Positions 27,975 to 37,823 of a DNA stretch of 46,270 nucleotides are shown piece by piece (positions within the stretch are counted from its first letter, which is position 1; each line of letters opens with the position of its first letter). This stretch comes from an uncultured Planctomycetaceae bacterium. GTDB taxonomy: Bacteria; Planctomycetota; Phycisphaerae; SM23-33. The notes beneath the pieces are model-generated. The model saw only the letters and a program-made list of their open reading frames with translations. It did not search any database and was not told the origin of the DNA. Where the stretch lies: positions 1 to 46,270 of the forward strand of contig CAYZPY010000004.1 of assembly GCA_964480425.1 (NCBI GenBank). Direction: 5' to 3'. The position numbers and the translations under genes are program-made.

Positions 27975-28733
27975 ATGAACAGGAACAATAAGATGGTCGG
28001 CCCAGTTGACGGAATACTTTTCGACCTTGGCAACACTCTGGTGGACTTCGCGCCCGTCAGCACGCGGGTGCTTTACGAATCAGGCGCGCGTAATTCTTAC
28101 GATTACCTCAAAGAAATCGGCGTGGAAATACCGTCTTTCGCCGGTTACCGCAGGCGGCAAATATGGAGAATCCGCTGGCACTACATCAAAAGCCGCGCCA
28201 CCGCGCGAGAATTCAACTCACTGGAAGTGATACGCAGTCTGGCCGACGATATGGATCATCATTTCACACCCGAAGACATAATGGAGTTGGCCTGGCTGTG
28301 GTACAAACCGCTGCGTGAATCCGCCACGGTCGAAAAGGGTCTGGCGGGCGTGCTGGAACGCCTGCGCGACGCCGGTTTGAAACTGGGCATAGTTTCCAAC
28401 ACGTTCGTTCCGGGAAGGATCCTGGACCGCCACCTTGACCAGGAGGGCCTGCTGGAGTTCTTCCCCGTGCGGGTGTATTCCTGCGACGTGCGGTTCCGCA
28501 AACCGGACCGCAGAATATTCAAAATCGCGCTGCGCCGGGCGGACCTCCAGGCCCGCAGGACCGTCTTTGTGGGCGATTCGCCCCGGGCCGACGTTATCGG
28601 CGCCAATCGCGTGGGCATGATATCGGTTCTCAAAGACACCCCGGGCCTGTCGGGACTGCTGCCGGTACGGGCGGACCATCGCATAAGAAAACTGGCCGAA
28701 CTGGAGGACGTAGTCCGGCAATATCAAAGTTAA
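27975..28733 (+). CDS. HAD-IA family hydrolase
   Basis: LFDLGNTL, GIVSN, RKPD..IF, FVGDSPRADVIGA..VGM. Confidence 0.93.
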   Translation: MNRNNKMVGPVDGILFDLGNTLVDFAPVSTRVLYESGARNSYDYLKEIGVEIPSFAGYRRRQIWRIRWHYIKSRATAREFNSLEVIRSLADDMDHHFTPEDIMELAWLWYKPLRESATVEKGLAGVLERLRDAGLKLGIVSNTFVPGRILDRHLDQEGLLEFFPVRVYSCDVRFRKPDRRIFKIALRRADLQARRTVFVGDSPRADVIGANRVGMISVLKDTPGLSGLLPVRADHRIRKLAELEDVVRQYQS

Positions 28734-28790
28734 ATAAACCCGCCCGGCAATGCATCAGCAGGGGTCAAGGGGATACACACGAAAGCGCGG

Positions 28791-28952
28791 GTGTCCCGAT
28801 TCGGAAGTCGGGCGGCCTGGTTGCTGCAGAACTTTGGCAGCACGTATGACGCGGGCTCGGCGGGTCGGGACGGACAGGTGCCGGAACCGGCCTTTGCTGC
28901 GTTATTGGCATTATCAGGATTGATTCTCCTTCGCCGTCGTCGTGTTGCCTGA
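28791..28952 (+). pseudogene. Orphan PEP-CTERM sorting-signal fragment (or 53-aa mini-protein)
   Basis: Translates WLLQNFGSTYDAGSAGRDGQVPEPAFAALLALSGLILLRRRRVA*: VPEP + TM helix + Arg cluster; below the ORF-track cutoff. Confidence 0.7.
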
Positions 28953-28989
28953 AGTTTGAATCCTGATGTCTGAAGTTGGAGGTCTGGGT
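28948..28989. repeat. Degenerate 7-mer array (6 units)
   Basis: CCTGAAG TTTGAAT CCTGATG TCTGAAG TTGGAGG TCTGGGT, between convergent stops. Confidence 0.65.
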
Positions 28990-28999
28990 TTTCTACGGA

Positions 29000-30268
29000 T
29001 TATTCGTGCCGGAGGGCTTCGATGGGGTCGAGCGCGGCGGCGCGAAGGGCGGGATACAGCCCGCTGACAACGCCGACGATAATGGCCATGACGAACGGAA
29101 GCGCCAGCATGCCCGGGGAAATGACGGCCTGGAGTTTCAGCAGCGGCTCGACGATTCTCGGTCCGGCGAGCCCGGCGGCCACGCCAATGATTCCCCCTGC
29201 CATGGTCAGCGTGACGGACTCGACGAGGAACTGGATGACGATGTCGCGTTTTTTGGCGCCCAGTGCGCGTCGGATTCCGATCTCGCGCGTCCGCTCGGTG
29301 ACGCCGGCCAGCATTATGTTCATTATCCCTATTCCCCCCACCACCAGCGACACCGATGCGATGACGAAGAACGCGATGTTCCACAGTCGCGACTGCTCCT
29401 GCTGCTGCGTAATAAGTTCCATCGGTACCTTGATGTCGTAATCGTCGTTATCGTGATACCTCGGCAGCAGGTGGCGCAGTATTGAGGCGGCGTTCATGAC
29501 GGCGCGGCGGTCGGCCATCTTGAGAATAATTTGGCTGACCTCGACCTTTTCGATCATGAAGGTTCCTGCGGATCTCATGACCGTCATGTCGCCGAACCGT
29601 TCGCGGTCGGCCGAGAGAGGCACGATGACGGTGTTTTCGCTGAGGTTTTTGGACAGCGTGGTCGGCAGGCGCTCAAGGACGCCCACCACGGTGAACGGCT
29701 CGTTGTTCAGGCGGATTATCCGCCCCAGCGGGTCGCGGTATCCGAACAGGCGGTCCGAGAGTGAGCGGAGGATAACGCAGTGCGCCTTTCGGCGGATCAT
29801 GTCCGCCGAGGTGATGAACCGCCCGGCGTCGAGGCGCATCTGAACGATTCGCCCGTAACTCGGTTCGGTGCCCAGGACGTCGGCCTCGAACTTCTTGCCC
29901 ATGGCGTAGAGGTGTTTTTGGGTCTTGTGCGCTACGACGCACATTTGAATTTTTGGAATGTTGCTTTTTATGATATTCACGTCTCGCCTGGTGAGCCCGA
30001 AGACAAGGGCCTGGAATCCTAGTCCGCTGCTGGCGGAGCCCTGGTCGGCCGGGGGCTTGATCGAGTCGATGATGATGTTGTCGCTGCCCATCTCGCGCAG
30101 TGCCGCCTGCGAACGCCGCGAGGCGCCTTCGTTTATAGCCAGCATCACGATTACCGACCACACGCCGAAGATTATGCCCAGCATGGTAAGCGCCGAGCGA
30201 ACCTTGTGCACCGCAAGCGAGTGCAGGGCGAGCTGAACGATGTCTTTTGCCTTGTTAATCGCTTTCAT
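29000..30268 (-). CDS. ABC transporter permease, MacB-like (FtsX domain)
   Basis: RSALTMLGIIFGV, VGGIGIMNIML..VTERTREIGIRRALGA, LYPA.RAA.LDPIEALRHE; ATG 30268 preferred. Confidence 0.95.
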   Translation of the reverse strand: MKAINKAKDIVQLALHSLAVHKVRSALTMLGIIFGVWSVIVMLAINEGASRRSQAALREMGSDNIIIDSIKPPADQGSASSGLGFQALVFGLTRRDVNIIKSNIPKIQMCVVAHKTQKHLYAMGKKFEADVLGTEPSYGRIVQMRLDAGRFITSADMIRRKAHCVILRSLSDRLFGYRDPLGRIIRLNNEPFTVVGVLERLPTTLSKNLSENTVIVPLSADRERFGDMTVMRSAGTFMIEKVEVSQIILKMADRRAVMNAASILRHLLPRYHDNDDYDIKVPMELITQQQEQSRLWNIAFFVIASVSLVVGGIGIMNIMLAGVTERTREIGIRRALGAKKRDIVIQFLVESVTLTMAGGIIGVAAGLAGPRIVEPLLKLQAVISPGMLALPFVMAIIVGVVSGLYPALRAAALDPIEALRHE

Positions 30269-30968
30269 TTGTGCTGCGTTTTGGTGTGGTTGCCACGTCC
30301 GATTCGATAAGCCCGTCGCCAATGGCCACCATCCGCTCGGCGTGTGCGGCGATGTGGTCTTCGTGTGTGACGGCAACGATGGTGCATCCCCGTCGGTTGA
30401 GGTCGTCGAAGATGGACATTATCTCCTGCCCGGTCCGCGAGTCGAGGTTTCCGGTGGGTTCGTCGGCGAGGATGACCAGCGGGTCGTTCGCCAGGGCCCG
30501 CGCGATGGCGATCCGCTGCCTCTGCCCGCCGGACAACTCGGTGGGGCGGTGGTCCAGGCGATGCTCCAGGCCGACCCTTGCGGCCAGTTCTGCGCTTATG
30601 CGGTGGCGGTCTGCACGGGACGTGCCTTGGTACACCAGCGGGACCTCGATGTTCTGGGCGACGGTCATCCACGGGATGAGGTTGAACGACTGGAAGACGA
30701 ATCCGATCCGCAGGTTGCGGATCTGGGACAGTTCGTTGTCCGACATGTGCGAGACGTCCTGCCCGCCGAGGAAGTACCGCCCGCTGGTGGGCTTGTCCAG
30801 GCAACCGAGTATGTTCAGCATGGTGCTCTTGCCCGAGCCGCTGGGACCGGTGATGGCGATGTATTGACCGGCGCGGACGGTCAGTTCGATGCCCCTCAGG
30901 GCGGGCACGCCCGGACCTATGGGGTAAATTTTCCACACGTCTGACAGTTGGATGATAGGGTGGTCCAT
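30255..30968 (-). CDS. ABC transporter ATP-binding protein, MacB/LolD-like
   Basis: GPSGSGKST, GFVFQSFNL, LSGGQRQR, ADEPTGNLD, VTHE. Confidence 0.97.
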   Translation of the reverse strand: MDHPIIQLSDVWKIYPIGPGVPALRGIELTVRAGQYIAITGPSGSGKSTMLNILGCLDKPTSGRYFLGGQDVSHMSDNELSQIRNLRIGFVFQSFNLIPWMTVAQNIEVPLVYQGTSRADRHRISAELAARVGLEHRLDHRPTELSGGQRQRIAIARALANDPLVILADEPTGNLDSRTGQEIMSIFDDLNRRGCTIVAVTHEDHIAAHAERMVAIGDGLIESDVATTPKRSTNESD

Positions 30969-30972
30969 GGGA

Positions 30973-32637
30973 TTATCGGGGCGTTCTGCGGTTTGGCGAG
31001 GGGCCTGTGCGTGATGGTTTTTGCGGTGGGGCGGGTCTTTTCGTTTCCGGTGGCTGTTTTTCGGCAGTGACCATGTCCGGCGCTTGCGGCGCCGATTCGG
31101 GGGGGACCAGCAGAACCTTGTCGCCGGCGGACAGTCCGCTTTTAATCTGCACGCGCCGGTCGTTCGACCTTCCGATCGTGACGGGAATTTTTTCGGCCTG
31201 TCCGTCGTCGAGTTTCCAGCAGTAGGTTTTGTCCTGTTCGGTGAAGACGGCCGCCACCGGCACGGTAAGGACGTTTTTCAGGCGGGTCAGTATCAGTTCC
31301 ACCTCGACGGTCATTCCGGGCTTGATGCCTTCGGGCAGCTGGTCGGTGGCCACTTCGACCTTAAAGGTGTTTGCGCCGGTGTCGCCGAAGCGGTTCTGGG
31401 TTTCGGGAATGGGCGCGACCCACTTGACATATCCGTTAAGCGGTTTATCGCGGTTCACGTCGAGGCGGATGATCGCAGGTGTGGCGTTTTGTCCCGTCGG
31501 CGAGGCGCGGATCTGGTTGACGACGGCCTCGAAAACCTTGGTCTCCACGTGAAGCGTCGTCATGTCGGGGATGATCATCAACTGCTGGCGGGGGCGGATT
31601 TCCTGTCCGACTTCGACCTCCACGTCGCTGGGGCGCCATCGGCTTCCGCCGGTGTCGTAGACGACAAGTCCATCTTTTTCGGCCTCGATGGTCAGTTGCT
31701 CGCGGTCCTGGTAGAGTTCTTTGAGTTTGTTCTCGTTTCTTTCGAGGCGTTGTTTTTTGTTTCGCACTTCCGCTTCGTCCAGGGAGAGTTGGGTTTCTGC
31801 CTCGAGTTTCGCCCTCTGGAGGTCGAGTTGGGCTTCCTCGACGGCGGCGCCGAGACGCCGCAGTTGCCGCGGGTGGTCGTACTTGACGAGCATTTTTTTG
31901 TTTGCGACGGCCTTTTCCAGCGCAAGCTCCAGGCGCTGCACTTCCAGCCGGTCGGCCTCGATCTCGTTGCTGGAGTACGGGCTGTTCAGTTCGGGGTCCT
32001 TGTTGACGCGCTCCTTGAATTCGAGTTTTTCCTGGGCGAGTTTGAGTTTCTGTCGTGCGAGTTGTATTTCGCTTTCGGCGTCGTTTTTCTCAATTTCCCA
32101 CTGCCCGCCGGTGTCCTTGTATTGGCTGAGGTCTTCCTTGGCCTCCAGGAGGGCGTTTTGTGCCTGGGTGACCTTGTTGGCCATCTCCTTTTTCTTGAGT
32201 TCGTAACTTTCGGCTGCCTGCTTGTAACTCAACCGGGCGGTTTCCACGTCGAGTTCCTCTTCTTCGATTTCATCCAGCAGGGCCTTGCATTCGAATTCGA
32301 TAATTTCCTCGCCTTGAGACACGAGCGTTCCGTTTTCCACGACGGACTTTATTATGACGGGCCATTCCAGTTCGTTTGCGATGACGGTTCGCTTCTCGGC
32401 GGCGATTTTGCCCGATTCGGTGACGGAGACGACCAGTTCTCCCCGCCTGACGCGCGCCACTTTGTGTTCGTCGCCGGGATTGTCCGACCCGGCGTGGGTG
32501 ACCGCCAGATATATTCCTATGCACCCGCCGGTCGTTATCAGCATGCCCAGCGCCAGCGCGGCGGCCTTGCGACGTTGTCCCGCCGCCGGGCCTCTACGGG
32601 CCGGGGGAGATTGTTTCGCTTTCTCCGAGTTCGACAT
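30973..32637 (-). CDS. Efflux periplasmic adaptor (MacA-like) with long coiled coil
   Basis: TM anchor, VRRGEL..SVTESG, long coiled coil, GIKPGMTV, VLTVPVAAV, SGLSAGDKV; start uncertain. Confidence 0.9.
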   Translation of the reverse strand: MSNSEKAKQSPPARRGPAAGQRRKAAALALGMLITTGGCIGIYLAVTHAGSDNPGDEHKVARVRRGELVVSVTESGKIAAEKRTVIANELEWPVIIKSVVENGTLVSQGEEIIEFECKALLDEIEEEELDVETARLSYKQAAESYELKKKEMANKVTQAQNALLEAKEDLSQYKDTGGQWEIEKNDAESEIQLARQKLKLAQEKLEFKERVNKDPELNSPYSSNEIEADRLEVQRLELALEKAVANKKMLVKYDHPRQLRRLGAAVEEAQLDLQRAKLEAETQLSLDEAEVRNKKQRLERNENKLKELYQDREQLTIEAEKDGLVVYDTGGSRWRPSDVEVEVGQEIRPRQQLMIIPDMTTLHVETKVFEAVVNQIRASPTGQNATPAIIRLDVNRDKPLNGYVKWVAPIPETQNRFGDTGANTFKVEVATDQLPEGIKPGMTVEVELILTRLKNVLTVPVAAVFTEQDKTYCWKLDDGQAEKIPVTIGRSNDRRVQIKSGLSAGDKVLLVPPESAPQAPDMVTAEKQPPETKRPAPPQKPSRTGPSPNRRTPR

Positions 32638-34354
32638 AGGAATATTGCTCCCGGATCCGGTCGAATCTGAATGGTTGATTTCGCTCACGTATATTTCCTT
32701 TGGGGTCAACCTCTATCATACCAATATCGGCCAGAAACTCCAAACGCGTGGTGGTGTATTGTATCAGGGCGCTGGTGAGACCGTTCTGTGCGTCGCGCAG
32801 GGCCTCTTCTGCCTCGAGCACGTCTCGCGCCGAGGCCTCGCCTTCTTTCTGCTGGAGCGAGGCGAGTTTGCGCCGCCGAAGGGCTATCGTCACGGATCGC
32901 TTCTGCAACTGGTATGTCCTTTGCGACTCCAGCAGCGAGCGGTACGCCTGGCGGACGTTCAGGCGGATATTGTCCTCCGCCTCGGCGAGGTCGCGCCTGG
33001 CCTTGCCGAAGGCGATGATTGCGTTTCGATAATCGTCGCGGTTGTCGGTCTGGTCGATTTCGTAGTTGAACTCGACCACGGCCGAGCGGGTGTGTTTGTG
33101 CCCCTGTAGCCGCCAGAATTTCTGCGGCTCGGTGGACGGCACGCCGGCGGCCAGCGTAACGTCGAGTTGGGGGTTGAACTTGTCGGCCGCTATCTCCACG
33201 TCCTTTGCGGCGTCGCGGACGTTCGCCCGGGCGGTCAGCAGGCTCGGGCGCGACGACAGCGCCGCGGCGACAGCGTCGTCCTCGCTTATGGGCATCTCCT
33301 GCGGTCCGGCGCGGGTGAGGGCCTCCAGTGCGGCGGGATAATCCGGCTCCAGCGGCGTGGTCACCGGCAGGCCCAGCGTTATCTTGAAACTGTCAAGCTG
33401 GTTGCGGTATCTGCGCTTGTTGGCCTCGAATCGCACCTGCGCGTTGAGCAGGTTCTGCTCGGCCTGGTCGCCCTGGATGCGAGACACCTGCCCGCCCTCG
33501 ACCAGCACCCTGGTAAGGGCAAGGGTTTCCCTGAGGCGCTCGATGTTCATTCGTTCGTTTTCCAGCTGGTCGCGCTGGGAGAGCACCGAGTAGTAGTCCG
33601 TGACGATGTCGGCCGCGAACCTCTGGCGGAACCTGGCGTAATCGTACACTGCGAAGATGAAGTCGCGCTTCAGGCGGTACTGGTCTTCGTATGCGAATCC
33701 GCGCCAGGCGCCCTGCAGCAGCGGCTGGGTGAGATTGGCCTCCAGCAGCGAGCCGACGGGCGTGCTGTCGGACCCGAGGAAGTCTGTTGCGAAATCCAGC
33801 GTGGCGCCCAGCGTGAGAATTCCCCCGTGTATGAATCTCTGTACGATGGAGGGATTCGCCTGCGCGTCTGCGGTCTTTGCCGTTGCGTCGGTGGCGCCCT
33901 CGGCGCCTCCCCGCGCCGAACGCGTCCATTCACCCCCCCCGGACACCTGCCCGTCCACGAAACTCCAGTTCCACGTCCGCGAGGCGTTTGCAAGGGCAAG
34001 GGAGGCCGAATAGAGCGTCTCCTTGCGGGTCTGGAAGTCGCGCGAGTTGGTAAACGCAATCTCCAGCGCCTTGTCCAGCGTAAGGATCGCCGGTTGCGTG
34101 GAGGCCGGTTTGGTCTCCCCGCCTGATGTGTCGTATTGCCCGGGCGAGTAATCGACCCCGAAGGGGCGCACCTTGCCCATGGCGGTCGCCTGTCCGCGCC
34201 GGATGGTGTTGTAGGCCGTGCGGTCCGCCTGGGCTGCGTACTGTTCGGGCGTGCAGGCGGCGCCCGTCACCAGCGCCGCCAGCAAAAGCCCCGCGCCCAG
34301 GAACGATACGCATCGGTTGAATGCTTTCGATGGGTGTGTTTTCGGCATTTCCAT
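32594..34354 (-). CDS. TolC-family outer membrane factor (lipoprotein)
   Basis: Lipobox-like VTGAAC; LTLDKALEIA, LTQPLLQG, RDVLEAEEAL; ATG 34354 with AAGGA RBS. Confidence 0.88.
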   Translation of the reverse strand: MEMPKTHPSKAFNRCVSFLGAGLLLAALVTGAACTPEQYAAQADRTAYNTIRRGQATAMGKVRPFGVDYSPGQYDTSGGETKPASTQPAILTLDKALEIAFTNSRDFQTRKETLYSASLALANASRTWNWSFVDGQVSGGGEWTRSARGGAEGATDATAKTADAQANPSIVQRFIHGGILTLGATLDFATDFLGSDSTPVGSLLEANLTQPLLQGAWRGFAYEDQYRLKRDFIFAVYDYARFRQRFAADIVTDYYSVLSQRDQLENERMNIERLRETLALTRVLVEGGQVSRIQGDQAEQNLLNAQVRFEANKRRYRNQLDSFKITLGLPVTTPLEPDYPAALEALTRAGPQEMPISEDDAVAAALSSRPSLLTARANVRDAAKDVEIAADKFNPQLDVTLAAGVPSTEPQKFWRLQGHKHTRSAVVEFNYEIDQTDNRDDYRNAIIAFGKARRDLAEAEDNIRLNVRQAYRSLLESQRTYQLQKRSVTIALRRRKLASLQQKEGEASARDVLEAEEALRDAQNGLTSALIQYTTTRLEFLADIGMIEVDPKGNIRERNQPFRFDRIREQYSYVELGESETISPGP

Positions 34355-34444
34355 TTTTGTCGTCCTTGTGTAAGCCGGTTTTCGAGTGTTTTTGTAATCC
34401 AAGACTTTAACACGCGGGATGTTGTATGGGGGCGTGTTTGTATA

Positions 34445-34461
34445 AACACTTCCGAAGTGTT
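34445..34461. promoter_or_regulatory. Palindrome in divergent promoter region (candidate operator)
   Basis: AACACTT-CCG-AAGTGTT. Confidence 0.45.
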
Positions 34462-34534
34462 AATATTGCTTTTAATGCCGATGTCGGTCAACCTGTTTCG
34501 GGCTTTGCGCGGCACAATTATAAGGAGTCCTTCC

Positions 34535-35455
34535 ATGACAGTGTGCATTTCATCGAGAGTTTTCAGGGCGGCGGTGGCATCGGCTGTCGTGTTGTTGGCG
34601 ATCATCGGGTGCAAGTCCTCCACGAAGGAGGATTCGGGTAGCGTATCGGCCAAGCACGTAAGGACCGTCAAGGGTTTCGACGTGCTCGAGAGCGTCCTGG
34701 CGGCGCCGGACGGAAAAACGGTTTACGTATCGAACGTTCAGGACACCGGGCGCGGGCCATGGGCCTCCGACGGCGAGGCGTTCATCTCACGGCTGAAACC
34801 GGACGGTAAAATCGTCGCCCTCAAGTGGCTTAAGAGCGAGCCCGACGCCGTGATGAACTCGCCCAAGGGCATGTGCATGCTGGAGGACGTGTTATACGTG
34901 GCCGACATGACAAGGGTGCTGCGGATAGGCGTGGTCGAGGACGGAAGCCCGCAGTGGCGAAAGCCCATTGACGTTGACGGCGCCAGGATGCTCAACGACA
35001 CCGCCACCGACGGCCGGGCGGTGTACGTCTCGGACACCGGGACAGGGAAAGTTCACCGAATAGACCCCGAATCCGGTAGGCAGACACTCGTCAAGGCGCC
35101 CGTCGGGGTCAACGGGATAACCTTCCACGGCGGAAAGATGTACGGCGTCAGTTGGCCGAAGCACGACGTCTACGAACTCGACGCGACGGGCAAGAAGGGG
35201 CCAGAGGCGTTCGGTTTGGGGGAGCACTTCGAGTCGCTGGACGGAATCGAGGTTATGTCCGACGGGACGTTCGTCGTAGCGGACTTCTCCGGCGGGAAGG
35301 TATGCGCGATATCCCCGGACAAGACAACCGTCACCACGCTTATCGATGACCTCACGACCCCGGCCGACATAGGACTGGACCGCAGGAACAACGTCCTCTA
35401 CGTCCCGATGTTCAAGGATAAGGAAGTCGGCGTATATAAACTAAAGAAGAACTGA
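34535..35455 (+). CDS. SMP-30/gluconolactonase/LRE-like beta-propeller lipoprotein
   Basis: AAGGAG RBS; lipobox LAIIGC; ESV..YVSN, NSPKGM, LND, NGI, LDGI, PADIG. Confidence 0.8.
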   Translation: MTVCISSRVFRAAVASAVVLLAIIGCKSSTKEDSGSVSAKHVRTVKGFDVLESVLAAPDGKTVYVSNVQDTGRGPWASDGEAFISRLKPDGKIVALKWLKSEPDAVMNSPKGMCMLEDVLYVADMTRVLRIGVVEDGSPQWRKPIDVDGARMLNDTATDGRAVYVSDTGTGKVHRIDPESGRQTLVKAPVGVNGITFHGGKMYGVSWPKHDVYELDATGKKGPEAFGLGEHFESLDGIEVMSDGTFVVADFSGGKVCAISPDKTTVTTLIDDLTTPADIGLDRRNNVLYVPMFKDKEVGVYKLKKN

Positions 35456-35596
35456 AGAGGCCAACACGGTGGGGCGTCTTTACTATAACCTCATTAATTA
35501 ACTCCGCAAACGTGACACCGTATAGTATAACATCATTTATATTAATGGCTTAGCAATAATTTGGCGATTTTCCCCAAAATATATTTAAAATCCATG

Positions 35597-35617
35597 AATT
35601 AAACATATAATTTAATT
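35597..35617. promoter_or_regulatory. Candidate TetR operator
   Basis: AATTAAA-CATATAA-TTTAATT inverted repeat just upstream of the TetR gene. Confidence 0.5.
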
Positions 35618-35638
35618 GTTTATTTGAAAGGTGCGGAC

Positions 35639-36358
35639 ATGCCATCGGATCAAAGCACTGGAACCAAGGAACGGTTATTGGAATCGGCGGCGGCGGTCTT
35701 CGCCGAGAAGGGCTACGGCGAGGCCACCATCGCGGAGATATGCCGGCGGGCGGATGCGAACATTTCGGCGGTTAACTACTACTTCCGCAGCAAGGAGAAA
35801 TTATACGTCGAGGCCTGGCGTAATACGTTCGAGCAGGGCGTGCGCAAGTACCCTCCGGACGGGGGCGTCGGCGACGACTTCCCGCCCGAGCATCGGCTGA
35901 GGGCGAGGATATCGGCCCTGATTAAAAGAATACTCGACCCGGGAACCAAGGAATTCGAGATCATGCGTCACGAACTGTCGAATCCCACCGGGTTGCTGCT
36001 GGAGGCACACAAAGAAAGCATCGAGCCGCTGCGCCGGCGGATGCACGACCTGCTCAAGGAGATGCTCGGTTCCCGCGCTACCGAGGGGCAGGTGGGGCTT
36101 TGCATGCTGACGGTGATGAGTCCGATTTTCTACACGCTCCACCGTCTCAAACACCCCGGACGAATGATGGGCGATAAGGCAAGGGCGCTGGACGACCGAC
36201 TCGAGATAACGAACATGGGGCCCTTTATCGAACACACCATGCGGTTCGTGCTGGCGGGAATAAACGAGATGAAAAAGGGCATAGAGTCAGGCGACTGGCC
36301 CGACATGGAGTTCGAGGATGACTTTGTGCAAAGACTGCACAAGCGCGACCTGGAATAA
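35639..36358 (+). CDS. TetR/AcrR family regulator (CecR/DUF1956-like)
   Basis: TKERLLESA..VFAEKGY..ATIAEIC..A.ANISAVNYYFRSKEKLY; heads the efflux operon. Confidence 0.92.
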   Translation: MPSDQSTGTKERLLESAAAVFAEKGYGEATIAEICRRADANISAVNYYFRSKEKLYVEAWRNTFEQGVRKYPPDGGVGDDFPPEHRLRARISALIKRILDPGTKEFEIMRHELSNPTGLLLEAHKESIEPLRRRMHDLLKEMLGSRATEGQVGLCMLTVMSPIFYTLHRLKHPGRMMGDKARALDDRLEITNMGPFIEHTMRFVLAGINEMKKGIESGDWPDMEFEDDFVQRLHKRDLE

Positions 36359-37823
36359 TATTCGCCGGGCGCCGGCGGTGTTTTGCCTGTGCGCGCTGGT
36401 GGCAGGGTGCGGCGCGCGATTTGAGAGTCCTTCCGCGCCGGTTGAGGTTCCCGAAAAGTTCTCCGCCGGCGGGACCGCCACGGCGCCAAAGCGGTGGTGG
36501 ACCGCGCTGGGCGACGAGAACCTCGACAAACTGATGGACGAGGCGTTGTGTGGCAACCTCACGCTGCGCGCCGCGTGGGATCGCCTCCGCCAGGCGCAGG
36601 CGCAGTTGCAGAAAAGCGCAGCGCCGCTGTTGCCGTCCGTCACCGGCGACGCCGCCGCCTCGCGCACGGTCAGCCGGACTGAAATGTTGGGCAAGACCTA
36701 CGAGACGGAATTTTCGCTGGGTCTGTCGGCCTCATACGAGGTGGACCTGTGGGGGCGGGTGCGCTCTACTTACGACGCCACGGAACTCGACGCCCGCGCC
36801 AGCGAGCAGGACGTACTTGCGGCAGCGCTCACCCTCAGCGGACAGGTTGCCGCGACCTGGTACCGCATTGTCGAACTCCGCGGGCAACTCGACCTGCTGG
36901 ACGAGCAGATACGCACCAACAGCGAGTTTCTCGACGTTATAACGGTTAAGTTCCGCCAGGGACAGGTGCTGGCGGCGGACGTGCTGCAGCAGCGCGAGGT
37001 TCTCCAGGAGAGACGGGGGCAGCGGCAGGTCGTGTTTTCGCAGCTGGCCGTGGCCTGCAACGCCCTTGCTGTGCTGCTGGGCAGGGCGCCCGGTGGTTAC
37101 CGGACACCGGAGGGAAAAATGTTGCCGAAGTTGCCCGAACTACCGTCCACGGGCGTGCCGGCGCGTTGGGTTAGCGCCCGCCCCGACGTGCGAGCGGCGC
37201 AGTTGAGGGTAATGGCGGCGGACAGGCGCACCGCCGCCGCGATTGCCGAGCAGTTTCCAAAACTGACGCTCACGGCCGGGGCGGATGCCTCCGATGAGCG
37301 TATTCGGGACCTGTTCGACAATTGGCTGGCGTCCATGGCGGCGGGTCTGACCGCGCCGGTCTTCGACGCCGGTCTGCGAGAGGCCGAGGTCCGACGTTCG
37401 CGTGCGGCGGCGGCGGAAATTCTGCACAACTACGGGCAGACCGTCCTGGAGGCCGTCGCGGAAGTGGAAAACGCCCTTGCCGGGGAAGAACACCAGCGTC
37501 AATACGTGGAGAGTCTGCGCAAGCAATTGGACCTGTCGGCAAAATCGCTGGAGCAGATCAGGCGGAACTACATCAAGGGGGCCGAGGAATTTACGCGTTA
37601 CCTCACCTCGCGCCTGTTGCACCAGCAGTTGGCAAGTAGTTATCTCCGGGCGCGCCGCGAACTGCTCGACAGGCGGATAGACCTCTACCGCGCGCTGGGT
37701 CGCGGGTGGGGATTATCCCCGCCGCCCGAGCCCCCGCGCCGCGTGAGAGGGCCGATAGAGAAACTCCTGCCCCGGCGGAAAGGTAACAATGACTCACCGG
37801 AGTCCGAAGAAAATGAAGACTAG
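36318..37823 (+). CDS. RND efflux outer membrane lipoprotein (NodT/OprM family)
   Basis: Lipobox LVAGC; WW..LGD..L..L; SYEVDLWGR; RPDVRAA; LYRALGRGW. Confidence 0.93.
   Translation: MTLCKDCTSATWNNIRRAPAVFCLCALVAGCGARFESPSAPVEVPEKFSAGGTATAPKRWWTALGDENLDKLMDEALCGNLTLRAAWDRLRQAQAQLQKSAAPLLPSVTGDAAASRTVSRTEMLGKTYETEFSLGLSASYEVDLWGRVRSTYDATELDARASEQDVLAAALTLSGQVAATWYRIVELRGQLDLLDEQIRTNSEFLDVITVKFRQGQVLAADVLQQREVLQERRGQRQVVFSQLAVACNALAVLLGRAPGGYRTPEGKMLPKLPELPSTGVPARWVSARPDVRAAQLRVMAADRRTAAAIAEQFPKLTLTAGADASDERIRDLFDNWLASMAAGLTAPVFDAGLREAEVRRSRAAAAEILHNYGQTVLEAVAEVENALAGEEHQRQYVESLRKQLDLSAKSLEQIRRNYIKGAEEFTRYLTSRLLHQQLASSYLRARRELLDRRIDLYRALGRGWGLSPPPEPPRRVRGPIEKLLPRRKGNNDSPESEENED

Noticed and set aside
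28750-28830. Multi-stem fold with a GAAA-like loop after the HAD gene, considered as SRP or another ncRNA
   Set aside because: No SRP core motif; stems are imperfect in GC-rich sequence and overlap the PEP-CTERM fragment
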